64,000 bases of DNA from a virus, in IMG/VR virus record IMGVR_UViG_3300027730_000009, positions 27,974 to 91,973 of that record, one strand, 5' to 3'. Positions 40,732-49,159 of this stretch are shown here, in pieces. The notes below the pieces were generated by a model. That model had not been told where the DNA came from. It did no database searches and worked only from the letters and a program-made list of their open reading frames with translations. The translations under genes and the position numbers were made by a program. Within the stretch, counting starts at the first letter, position 1, and each line of letters begins with the position of its first letter.

Positions 40732-43104
40732 TTATTGTAAAACTTTTGAAACATTTTCTTCCTTCTTGATTTTCACAACATTATCAGCCCAATTCGATAC
40801 CAAAGGGTTGTGGGTGATAACAAAAATTTTCTCAAAGTACTCTTTTATCTTGGTAAAAAACTCCCCAACAAGTTCCAAATTATCGTTCGAAATCTTACCA
40901 AACACTTCGTCCCACACCATCAGATTTGGTTTTGGAAGGGAACAAATCTTACTCAATACCGCCCTTAAAGCCATACTGGCAATTGTTCTCTCATAACCTG
41001 AACCCGATGCCATCAACTTCTCAACACCAGTTGAATTATCAATCATTATAAACTCAACTTCATTCTTATCGTTAATTTGAACCTCCAAATTAAAATAACA
41101 AGAGTCCTGAAGTAGTCTCTGAAGTTCTTGATTAATAAGTGGCATCATAGTTTTCATAATGATTTTACTAATACCATTCTTACCAAATAACTCCAAATAG
41201 ACTTTGTATAACTTTTCCTTCTCGAACTCCTGTTTGATTTTTTCAATTAACTCTTTGTTCTTCTCGATTTTCGTTTTGAGATTGGTTATAGAATTGGTGT
41301 TGAGACTCTGTTGTTTTTCTAAATTTCTTTTTTCATTGATAAGTTCATCAATACGAAGTTGCGCTTTGATAATCGTAGCATCGATTTCTTGGTTCTTCTT
41401 AATCTTATCTTGTGATTCCTCATACCTCTTTGAGGTTTCCTTAGCCTTGTCAAGTTTCAACTTTTGAGCCTCTAAAGTAACCTCAAACTTTTCCTTGATG
41501 AGTTTGTTTTTCTCATATTCATCGAAGTCTTTTTTCAACTGAGTGTAACCCTTCTCTTGAGCATCCAACTGAGCCACCTCAATAACAACTTTATTGAGTG
41601 ATGAAACCAATTCATCCTTTTTATCAATTCGTGCTTTATTTAACTGAGCATTGATGAGTTCAATACCACAGTGTTCGCACTTAATCCCCCCCGATAAAGA
41701 CTTAGTCAATTCGTCAATACCTTCGATTTGTATTTTGTAGTTTGACTCCGCAATTCGTTTGTCACTGAGTTCTCCACGAATTTTATCGTGTTGGTCTTCG
41801 TGATAGAAGTTAGTGGGTTCTTTAACGACAATAGACTTGAGTTGGTCTTTAGTTACCTCAATATCCCCTTCAATATTACTGATGTCAGATTTAAGATTCA
41901 AAGGATTTAATTTGACAAGTTCTTGGTCGATGTCATTGTACTTTGAATTTAGAAGACCATCTTTGAAATCTTGTCCTGTAGATAGTCTTTCCTGAACATC
42001 TTTTAGCTCCGTCTTTAATTTTTCATCCTCCCGCTCAATTTGGTTGATACCCTCGGATGACTCATCAATTTCTTGTTTTAGAGTTTCACCGTTGTATACA
42101 TTACTGAGCATCCCACGAGTAAATTCAGAGACCAATTCCTTGGCAACCTCTTCTTTTCTTTTTAGAAACTCCAAACCCATAAAACGAGACAAAACCTGTC
42201 CTCGAGCAGTGGGTTTCGCATCGATGAGTTCCTCCAAATTAGTGGCGGTAGTTAAAATGGTCATCAAAAAGTCATCCATCTCACCAATAGATTTCTTTAT
42301 AAACTTCTCGGTTTCCCTTCTTTGTTCTCCAACAAAATTTTGGAAGGTACCATCCGATAACTTCTTAAGAAAATCCAAATCAGTTTTTATATTCCATTCA
42401 CCCTTCTTTGATAGTTTTCTTTCGATAGTACGACTTACGACATATTCATCACCATCAATTAAAATCTCACCACGAACCGAAACCTTATCGTCATTTCTGA
42501 AACGATTGAAGATTTCTTCCGCCTTTTGAGTTTTAGTGGTGGTGTTGAAGAAAAGGAAAAGTAAAAGGTCAACAGTCAACACAGTCTTCCCACCGAAATT
42601 GGGGGGGTCTGATTCAACGACTGTAATACCATTACATTTGTCAAAGTCCAACACTTGGTTTTCACCAAATGAAAGGAAGTTAGAAAAATGGATTCGTTTA
42701 ATGTACCATTTCTGAAATGGATTAACTTCTATATCTTGTAAAACGAGTTTGTTGTCAACCACATCATCGATGTTGATAACATCCTCAAAATAATTACCCT
42801 GACCTTTTACCTCTAAAAAACTACGCATAAGTTCCCGTTGGTAGTTTTTGTCCATGATATTCATAGACACATCTACCGTGTGAGTTACCTCTTCAGATTG
42901 TTTTGTTTTGGTAATGATGTTAACATTTGTGGTTGAATACTTCTTGTTGAAGTATTGCTTGACACTTTTGATTCTTTCTTGTGTGAAATTTTCCGCAACA
43001 TCTTCCCATACTACCTGAACATAGGGGTTGTCGTAATTTTCTGTTGTAATTTCTTTAGACATAGTTTTTAAATCAAAAATTGGTGGTTGGTCAAACAAGT
43101 CCAT
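40732..43104 (-). CDS. Rad50/SbcC (gp46-like) ATPase subunit
   Basis: NFLSFG, NFGGKT, coiled coil with CEHC hook, SGSGYE signature, WDE, ITH. Confidence 0.85.
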   Translation of the reverse strand: MDLFDQPPIFDLKTMSKEITTENYDNPYVQVVWEDVAENFTQERIKSVKQYFNKKYSTTNVNIITKTKQSEEVTHTVDVSMNIMDKNYQRELMRSFLEVKGQGNYFEDVINIDDVVDNKLVLQDIEVNPFQKWYIKRIHFSNFLSFGENQVLDFDKCNGITVVESDPPNFGGKTVLTVDLLLFLFFNTTTKTQKAEEIFNRFRNDDKVSVRGEILIDGDEYVVSRTIERKLSKKGEWNIKTDLDFLKKLSDGTFQNFVGEQRRETEKFIKKSIGEMDDFLMTILTTATNLEELIDAKPTARGQVLSRFMGLEFLKRKEEVAKELVSEFTRGMLSNVYNGETLKQEIDESSEGINQIEREDEKLKTELKDVQERLSTGQDFKDGLLNSKYNDIDQELVKLNPLNLKSDISNIEGDIEVTKDQLKSIVVKEPTNFYHEDQHDKIRGELSDKRIAESNYKIQIEGIDELTKSLSGGIKCEHCGIELINAQLNKARIDKKDELVSSLNKVVIEVAQLDAQEKGYTQLKKDFDEYEKNKLIKEKFEVTLEAQKLKLDKAKETSKRYEESQDKIKKNQEIDATIIKAQLRIDELINEKRNLEKQQSLNTNSITNLKTKIEKNKELIEKIKQEFEKEKLYKVYLELFGKNGISKIIMKTMMPLINQELQRLLQDSCYFNLEVQINDKNEVEFIMIDNSTGVEKLMASGSGYERTIASMALRAVLSKICSLPKPNLMVWDEVFGKISNDNLELVGEFFTKIKEYFEKIFVITHNPLVSNWADNVVKIKKEENVSKVLQ

Positions 43105-43112
43105 TTCATTTT

Positions 43113-43289
43113 TTATTGTGCAACGAATCCTTCAGTGTCTGTCTTGCCTGAGGTCTGAGCGGTTTTGAGTTCCTCCAAATATTTTTGATAGGCATCATTC
43201 ATAACTTTTTGATAAGTTTTTTCCATACCTTTTATTTTAGCGTTTCGAGCCACTACTTTTTTGCGATGTTCCTTAGCATTCTTACCCAT
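43113..43289 (-). CDS. Small basic hypothetical protein
   Basis: MGKNAKEHRKKVVARN start. Confidence 0.55.
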   Translation of the reverse strand: MGKNAKEHRKKVVARNAKIKGMEKTYQKVMNDAYQKYLEELKTAQTSGKTDTEGFVAQ

Positions 43290-43293
43290 AATA

Positions 43294-43632
43294 TTAACCT
43301 CTATTGTTTTCGAACCATTCAACAATGGCGTTTATTGTCCATACAGCTCCTGAGGCAAGGAGTCCATCAAAAAACCATGAAATATCTGATGTCAGATTAA
43401 AGTATTGATGCGTTGGTGAGTAAATAAAAATCCCCAAAAAAAATCCATTCCAAGTACTAGAACACATCATGCACGAGATTATACCAGAAATAAATTTGAA
43501 AATTGGCGATAACGGGTTAAAAATATCCTCTCCCATCAAAGCAATTTTATTTCTCATTCCAGCAAAAATAGAACCCCAAACTATAATGTTAGTGAAGCCA
43601 TATGCCAGAAAAAACCAAATTAATATATTCAT
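43294..43632 (-). CDS. Membrane protein with CxxC (DUF1360-like)
   Basis: Hydrophobic; ISCMMCSSTW.G. Confidence 0.55.
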   Translation of the reverse strand: MNILIWFFLAYGFTNIIVWGSIFAGMRNKIALMGEDIFNPLSPIFKFISGIISCMMCSSTWNGFFLGIFIYSPTHQYFNLTSDISWFFDGLLASGAVWTINAIVEWFENNRG

Positions 43633-43639
43633 TTTTTAA

Positions 43640-44479
43640 TTATTTATAAAGTTTATTGTCCAAATTTGAACCTCTTAAATATACAGCTTTTTGTTGCTGT
43701 TGTAAGCTCTTTAGTGAATTTATTTCATCCTCAAGCTGTTTTATCTTAACATCCTTATCAATAGATTGTTGCCGTAGTTTGTTAAGTGTTTCCTGTAGTC
43801 GTTGAGTGTCCTCTGAGGTTTTTTTCTCCACTAGAACTTCCCTAATAACCTCCACGGGTACCTCTACTGTGACTTCCTTGACCACCTGAATTTCTTTAAT
43901 AACTTCATAGGGAACTTGGATTTCTTTGATAACCTCTCTGTCCACGATGGTTGGAGGTAAATTCCTAAGCCGTTCAAGTTCCTCCACGAGTTCAGCGACT
44001 TTTGACTCGTCTGTGATATACTCGGTTCGGGTGACAATCTTTTCAACCGGAACTTCTTTGATGACTTCCTGTATAACAATCCTGTCGACCGGTATTTCTT
44101 TAATGACTTCCACAGTTTTTTCGATAACTTTCTCAAATGGGATTTCTTTAACGACTTCAACGATTTTTTCAACAACAATTTCTCGAGGGACTTCTCGGAT
44201 GATTTCTTTTTCAATTTCGACATATTCTACAACAATTTTTTCGATTATAACTTCTACTGGCACTTCCACCCGTTTTTCAACAATTACCTCTTTTTCCACC
44301 CATTTTTCTTGCGGCTCCCCCGTTTTTCCTAATAACCCATATTTTTCGATTCTAAAACCTTGAAGATACGAATCCTTCAACACCTTTTCAACTTCGAAAC
44401 CATTGAGTTTACAATAGGATTCAAGGTCTTTTAACTCTTGGGGTGTGAGGATTATATTCTTTTCAACTTTAGAGTTCAT
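43640..44479 (-). CDS. V/I-E-K repeat (alveolin/articulin-like) protein
   Basis: Many EKIVEVIKEVPV repeats and a C-terminal coiled coil. Confidence 0.7.
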   Translation of the reverse strand: MNSKVEKNIILTPQELKDLESYCKLNGFEVEKVLKDSYLQGFRIEKYGLLGKTGEPQEKWVEKEVIVEKRVEVPVEVIIEKIVVEYVEIEKEIIREVPREIVVEKIVEVVKEIPFEKVIEKTVEVIKEIPVDRIVIQEVIKEVPVEKIVTRTEYITDESKVAELVEELERLRNLPPTIVDREVIKEIQVPYEVIKEIQVVKEVTVEVPVEVIREVLVEKKTSEDTQRLQETLNKLRQQSIDKDVKIKQLEDEINSLKSLQQQQKAVYLRGSNLDNKLYK

Positions 44480-44480
44480 T

Positions 44481-45260
44481 TTATAAGTTCAATAGTTTTT
44501 CCGAACCAGTCTCTAAATCTTGGTATGAAGTAATCTTAAATGACAAAAATGGTTTGGTGTTAGGCAAGTCCACAAAGGTGTATTCATTAGATACCACATC
44601 ATACACCCCATATCCGTGTTTTGTGATACTTTCACCAAAATTTTGTTGTATGGTTGAACCAATCATATATGCTTTTTTAACACCTGGTATATCAAAAACT
44701 TGTCTTTTGTGAATATCACCACAGAGCACTAAATCACAACCTTCAAACTTTGAAGCCTCAAAACCATCGTCAAATTTAAATCCAATACTTGTTGTAAGTC
44801 CCAAAACGGGACCATGAAACAATCCAATTTTTTTCAAATCGGTTGTCGGAATTTCGGGTGGAATGTTATGACTTGTTAGAGAATATACCACCCACAGAAT
44901 ATTTTCATCTTCGTATACACCTCGGTCCTTATAGTAAACGATATTAGGGTCATTCAAAGAATCAATGATTGGGGATAACGCATCTAAACGAGACAAATTG
45001 TTTTCTAAAAAGTCGTGGTTACCAATTATTAAAATTGTTTTTGTAATTTTGGAACACTCTGTTAAAAACCAAGCAACAAAATCAATAAGTTCGGGTGTCA
45101 TTTGGTTTTTGGAATGGACTAAGTCTCCCGTGAAAACAATTCTATCAGGTTTTAGGGACTTCCATTCAGATAATGCATTTGTAAGAATCGAGCGGTAAAG
45201 GCTATGGTCTTTGAATAGTCGAATATGAAGGTCAGAAAAATGTACTAATCTACTAATCAT
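44481..45260 (-). CDS. Mre11/SbcD (gp47-like) nuclease subunit
   Basis: SDLH, TGD, GNHD, FHG, GDIH, GS..QQNFGE. Confidence 0.85.
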   Translation of the reverse strand: MISRLVHFSDLHIRLFKDHSLYRSILTNALSEWKSLKPDRIVFTGDLVHSKNQMTPELIDFVAWFLTECSKITKTILIIGNHDFLENNLSRLDALSPIIDSLNDPNIVYYKDRGVYEDENILWVVYSLTSHNIPPEIPTTDLKKIGLFHGPVLGLTTSIGFKFDDGFEASKFEGCDLVLCGDIHKRQVFDIPGVKKAYMIGSTIQQNFGESITKHGYGVYDVVSNEYTFVDLPNTKPFLSFKITSYQDLETGSEKLLNL

Positions 45261-45463
45261 TCTGGCATTTGAAATTCTTCATTTATGTGTTCACAGGATT
45301 CACACTTATACATTGGGAATGGTACTAAAGCATCTTGACTTGAACCAGTTAAGAGTTTAGAAACTTTCTTGAATGAAAATACTTCGCTAAAAATTGTGTT
45401 ATTACATTTTTCGCAGACTACCGTCTCAGCGGCTTTTAAATCTATTTTTAAACCGTTATCCAT
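45257..45463 (-). CDS. Zinc-ribbon protein
   Basis: CEKC and CESC. Confidence 0.7.
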   Translation of the reverse strand: MDNGLKIDLKAAETVVCEKCNNTIFSEVFSFKKVSKLLTGSSQDALVPFPMYKCESCEHINEEFQMPE

Positions 45464-45464
45464 T

Positions 45465-46352
45465 TTATACTAATTGTTTATTTATTCCATCAAGGAAACT
45501 TTTTATGATTTCATCTGCCGCTCGATAATCGAAAAACATGTTATCAGCATACAATTGAGACTGCCAATCTTTTATAATAGTCATATCATCGTGAAGTTGT
45601 TGAAAATTCAACGACTGAATTACACTGAGCTTTCGTTTGACATTATTTTCAGCCTTACTGAGTCTAAATTTGGTGTAAGCATACTGACGAAATTTCATGA
45701 ATAATTTGAAAAGAGTTTCAATGTTCCATTCAGCAGCAATTAAAGCCGCATCATTTTGCAAGACATCTGATGAATCAAAAATCATAATTTCACAAGAAAG
45801 AGGTGATTCAGCATCTTCGGTCCATAATGCAATTTTGTTAAATTTGGAAACATTTTTTTCCTCTTTGGAAATCAAATAAGCCAAAAATCCGGTTTTGTTA
45901 TATCGGTTGAATGTATATTCATCATTTTTGGATGCCGTACACCATCGAGTATTTGCTCCATATTTCAAAGAGCCTCGGTGGGTTTTGGGGGAAAGAAAAA
46001 TGTAGTCTTTTGTTTCTTCAATTACACTTACATGGTCCTCTCGAACAAATGTTTTTTCTTCCTTTATAAGTTCAGCATTGTCAATTTCTTTTTGCACACT
46101 TTTGAGTGTTGTGTAAGTATCTGAGTAAACATCTTTGTTTGTAATATAAGGCAAAAGTTCATCGAACTTTTTCATTGTCTTAATCAAAGTAGGTGATGTA
46201 AAACTTTCATGGGTAGTTTTTTTTCCATACCAAATTTTTACCATGAAAGGGAAATATTTCTTGGATGGTGTCCAGTCCTCATTATACAACTTTTGTAAAG
46301 TAGCATTATTAACCGAAGGAAATTGTTCTTTTACTTTTTCAAATTTTGACAT
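45465..46352 (-). CDS. YG..TRWCT domain protein (paralogue of 27588-28895)
   Basis: NKDVY, SLKYGANTRWCTAS, FNRY..G.L.Y. Confidence 0.65.
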   Translation of the reverse strand: MSKFEKVKEQFPSVNNATLQKLYNEDWTPSKKYFPFMVKIWYGKKTTHESFTSPTLIKTMKKFDELLPYITNKDVYSDTYTTLKSVQKEIDNAELIKEEKTFVREDHVSVIEETKDYIFLSPKTHRGSLKYGANTRWCTASKNDEYTFNRYNKTGFLAYLISKEEKNVSKFNKIALWTEDAESPLSCEIMIFDSSDVLQNDAALIAAEWNIETLFKLFMKFRQYAYTKFRLSKAENNVKRKLSVIQSLNFQQLHDDMTIIKDWQSQLYADNMFFDYRAADEIIKSFLDGINKQLV

Positions 46353-46356
46353 ATGA

Positions 46357-46388
46357 CAAAGATACTAAAAAAAATTATTACAATCAAA
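46357..46388 (-). promoter_or_regulatory. Bacteroidota-type promoter TTTG-N20-TATCTTTG
   Basis: Exact consensus; ATG follows 4 nt later. Confidence 0.7.
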
Positions 46389-47246
46389 TCAATTTTTCAA
46401 AACTAATGACATATCCATTTCCATAATTGTGTTGAGTATAGGTTTTGGAACTCTGAACTCTTCATACTCTTGGGTTTCCTTTAATAAAACAACTATACAT
46501 CCAAATAGTTTGATGTTTTCATATTTTGTACCCTCCAACATTTTAATCAATAATTTACCATAGAATGGGAGTTGTAAATAATAATGTCCCAAAGCATTGT
46601 CGGGATATTCCTCGAATGGTGCCAACATGCGTTTAGTGTAAGAGTTAACTTGAAAATTTTTTTCTTTGTTAGATTTCCAATCCGTAATTAATAACCCAAA
46701 TTCAGTCCCCGTGGCATTCATAGTAATCCACACCTTATCAGGTTGTCCTGTGTAACCCAATTCAGGGTGTCCTAAGACCATTTCGGTGTCAAGTAATACT
46801 AAGTTACGATTCTCACACAAATCGAGGTATGTGTGACCCGCTCGTATCATATTATCACTCTTAGACTCGGAAAAAATATCACACTCGAAAATAGGTTGTC
46901 GAATCTCTTTGTATGACCCATAACGGGAAATAAGTTCTTGTTCCAAATAAAAGTGCACTCGACTACCCATATTAGTCGAGTCTTTCCCAGCCTGTGCCCA
47001 CTCAGCCATGAGTTGTTGCGCTTCAAGGTAATCCCCACCAGCCTTTTTAAGTGCCGCTTCTTCAGTGGGAAACTCAGTGTAAAAGTGTTTTAAAATTTTG
47101 GAAACTGATGGAAAGTTATCTCGTATATCACCATCAACATCTTTCATTAAGTATTTGTGGTCATCTTCAAAAAATTGAAGCCCTAATTCCTGTTGTTTTT
47201 CCTTTATGACATTTCTAATGTCTGATGCAATTTCTTGTAAGTTCAT
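46389..47246 (-). CDS. PD-(D/E)XK nuclease
   Basis: PSVS, GSRVH, E, GQPD, DWKS, QL..Y. Confidence 0.8.
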   Translation of the reverse strand: MNLQEIASDIRNVIKEKQQELGLQFFEDDHKYLMKDVDGDIRDNFPSVSKILKHFYTEFPTEEAALKKAGGDYLEAQQLMAEWAQAGKDSTNMGSRVHFYLEQELISRYGSYKEIRQPIFECDIFSESKSDNMIRAGHTYLDLCENRNLVLLDTEMVLGHPELGYTGQPDKVWITMNATGTEFGLLITDWKSNKEKNFQVNSYTKRMLAPFEEYPDNALGHYYLQLPFYGKLLIKMLEGTKYENIKLFGCIVVLLKETQEYEEFRVPKPILNTIMEMDMSLVLKN

Positions 47247-47247
47247 A

Positions 47248-48171
47248 TTATTGTATTTCGTAGTAATAATTGGAAATGTCTCCCCTTAAATCACAGACAT
47301 CTTTGTCTTTTGGGAGTTTAATAATTTTGATTCGGTTATAGAGTTTACCACCATTGAGGTTATGATACAATTTTAAAGCATCTGTCCAAGCATCACCATC
47401 CAAACAGATGTGTAAATTACCCTCAGCGTTGTCGTACAGTTTTTGAAATAGGTTAGTAGAGAGGAATTTACCGAGCATAGGAATTGGATTAGGTAAAAAA
47501 AATGCGTCAAAGACACCCTCACAAAGATAAATATCCTTTGTCCAATCAACCCTACTTTCATTAAAGATAATCTCTTCTTTAGGGACTGATGGGTTTTTGT
47601 ATTTCATTTTTTTGGGAACCCAAGCCCGACTAACAAAATAATTCAAGTATCCATCCTCATTATAGGACGGTACAATAATACGATAAGCGTAATCTCCACT
47701 CACAGTGTAACCAATATCGTATTTTTCTATCATCTCATCAGTAATACCCCGAGAGTAAAGATAATTAATAGCCTCACGATGGGGTATAAATCTAATGTTA
47801 GAATCCTTAAACTTGGTATACCCTTGAGGTAACCTAAGATATATTTTGGGTTTTTCCTTTTCACCTTCCTCTTCGGGTTTCAACAAATCCCAAATTTGTT
47901 TCTGTTTCTTAGTTCCAAATTTGTCAAATAGTTTTCCAAGGACTCCTTGGGTACCGTGAGTTTCTGCACAAGCCCAACACTTGTACACACCACGAAAATA
48001 GTTGATTTCCAAGTTACCCTTACCATCACCCTCAACACCTTTTTCTGCAGCACAGACAGGACAGTCAAATGAAATTTGTTTTTTGGAGTCATAATGTTGT
48101 TTTTCATGCCCGAGAACATCTCGGAGAAGGTCAACCAAAACTTCGGTCTTTTCCTCTTCAGATTCTATCAT
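47248..48171 (-). CDS. DNA primase (Zn finger plus TOPRIM)
   Basis: CPVC..CWAC, YL.SRGI, CEGVFDA, LDGDA, KDVCD. Confidence 0.85.
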   Translation of the reverse strand: MIESEEEKTEVLVDLLRDVLGHEKQHYDSKKQISFDCPVCAAEKGVEGDGKGNLEINYFRGVYKCWACAETHGTQGVLGKLFDKFGTKKQKQIWDLLKPEEEGEKEKPKIYLRLPQGYTKFKDSNIRFIPHREAINYLYSRGITDEMIEKYDIGYTVSGDYAYRIIVPSYNEDGYLNYFVSRAWVPKKMKYKNPSVPKEEIIFNESRVDWTKDIYLCEGVFDAFFLPNPIPMLGKFLSTNLFQKLYDNAEGNLHICLDGDAWTDALKLYHNLNGGKLYNRIKIIKLPKDKDVCDLRGDISNYYYEIQ

Positions 48172-48530
48172 ACCCAAGTAACTTTCTTTATTCTAATGTC
48201 TAAATCGGGACCCAAAAATTTGGTAAGTTCAAATTTGACTAGCCATTGTAATTCGTGACGAATAAGTCTATTGATTCTTGTCTTGGATGCGGTTGGGTTG
48301 TTTAGAAAATCGGATTTAACCCACTCAGGTGTCCAAGAGGTTCCGAAATGACCAAGGAGCTCACCTTTAAATACAACATCAACCTCATGATAATCTAATG
48401 AAAAGGGACGGTATTTACGAATTTGAATAATCTCAAACTTACCTCGTATCCGATTATTTGTGATAGTATGAGTCTTCCAATTAAAAAACTTTTGGAATTT
48501 ATTCAGAGTCTTGTCTTTTACCTTTTTCAT
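48168..48530 (-). CDS. Hypothetical protein
   Basis: ORF between resolvase and primase. Confidence 0.55.
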   Translation of the reverse strand: MKKVKDKTLNKFQKFFNWKTHTITNNRIRGKFEIIQIRKYRPFSLDYHEVDVVFKGELLGHFGTSWTPEWVKSDFLNNPTASKTRINRLIRHELQWLVKFELTKFLGPDLDIRIKKVTWV

Positions 48531-48558
48531 ACCACTAAGGTACAAAAAGATTTTTAAA

Positions 48559-49158
48559 CTACCAAATCTTTTTTGATTTCATGTAACCCAACACACAAGT
48601 ATAAGAGTCGGTCATATCAAAACATTCTTTTTTGAGTGTGTTGTTTCTAGTGTATAACCAAGTAATCTGAGGTTCTCTTTTGGCAACATGTTCCCAAATA
48701 ATTTCTTTTTTGTCCACCGTTTTGGGATACCCACCGAACAAAACAAATTTACCCTTATCATTCTTTTGAACCAAGTCAGGGAATGCCGATTTACGAGCGT
48801 TGTATGTAGTTATAAACTCAGGAACAATACCCAACACATCATAAACCTCTTTACAGATAAGAGTGTTATACCTCATAAGAGTACTAACGGTATAAATGTT
48901 ATTTGAATTTAGAAGGGGTTCTTCAATAATAACTTTTGTTATTCCCAAATCTTGGTACTCCAACAACTTTTGTTTAAAGATACCACTTTTAAGAATTAAC
49001 TCCTCGATTTTGTCTTCAGATTTTGGTTTGGGTAATGGTGATACATGAGTGAGCTCAAGAAGTTGTTGAGTTGGTGTATCGAAAAGAGCAATACCAATTG
49101 TTTTGGTACTAACATCTAAACCGAGTATTTTAGGTGAATTCTTTTGGAGTTTTGACAT
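48559..49158 (-). CDS. RuvC-like Holliday junction resolvase
   Basis: ILGLDVST..G, IIEE, DMTDS catalytic acidic residues. Confidence 0.75.
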   Translation of the reverse strand: MSKLQKNSPKILGLDVSTKTIGIALFDTPTQQLLELTHVSPLPKPKSEDKIEELILKSGIFKQKLLEYQDLGITKVIIEEPLLNSNNIYTVSTLMRYNTLICKEVYDVLGIVPEFITTYNARKSAFPDLVQKNDKGKFVLFGGYPKTVDKKEIIWEHVAKREPQITWLYTRNNTLKKECFDMTDSYTCVLGYMKSKKIW

Positions 49159-49159
49159 A

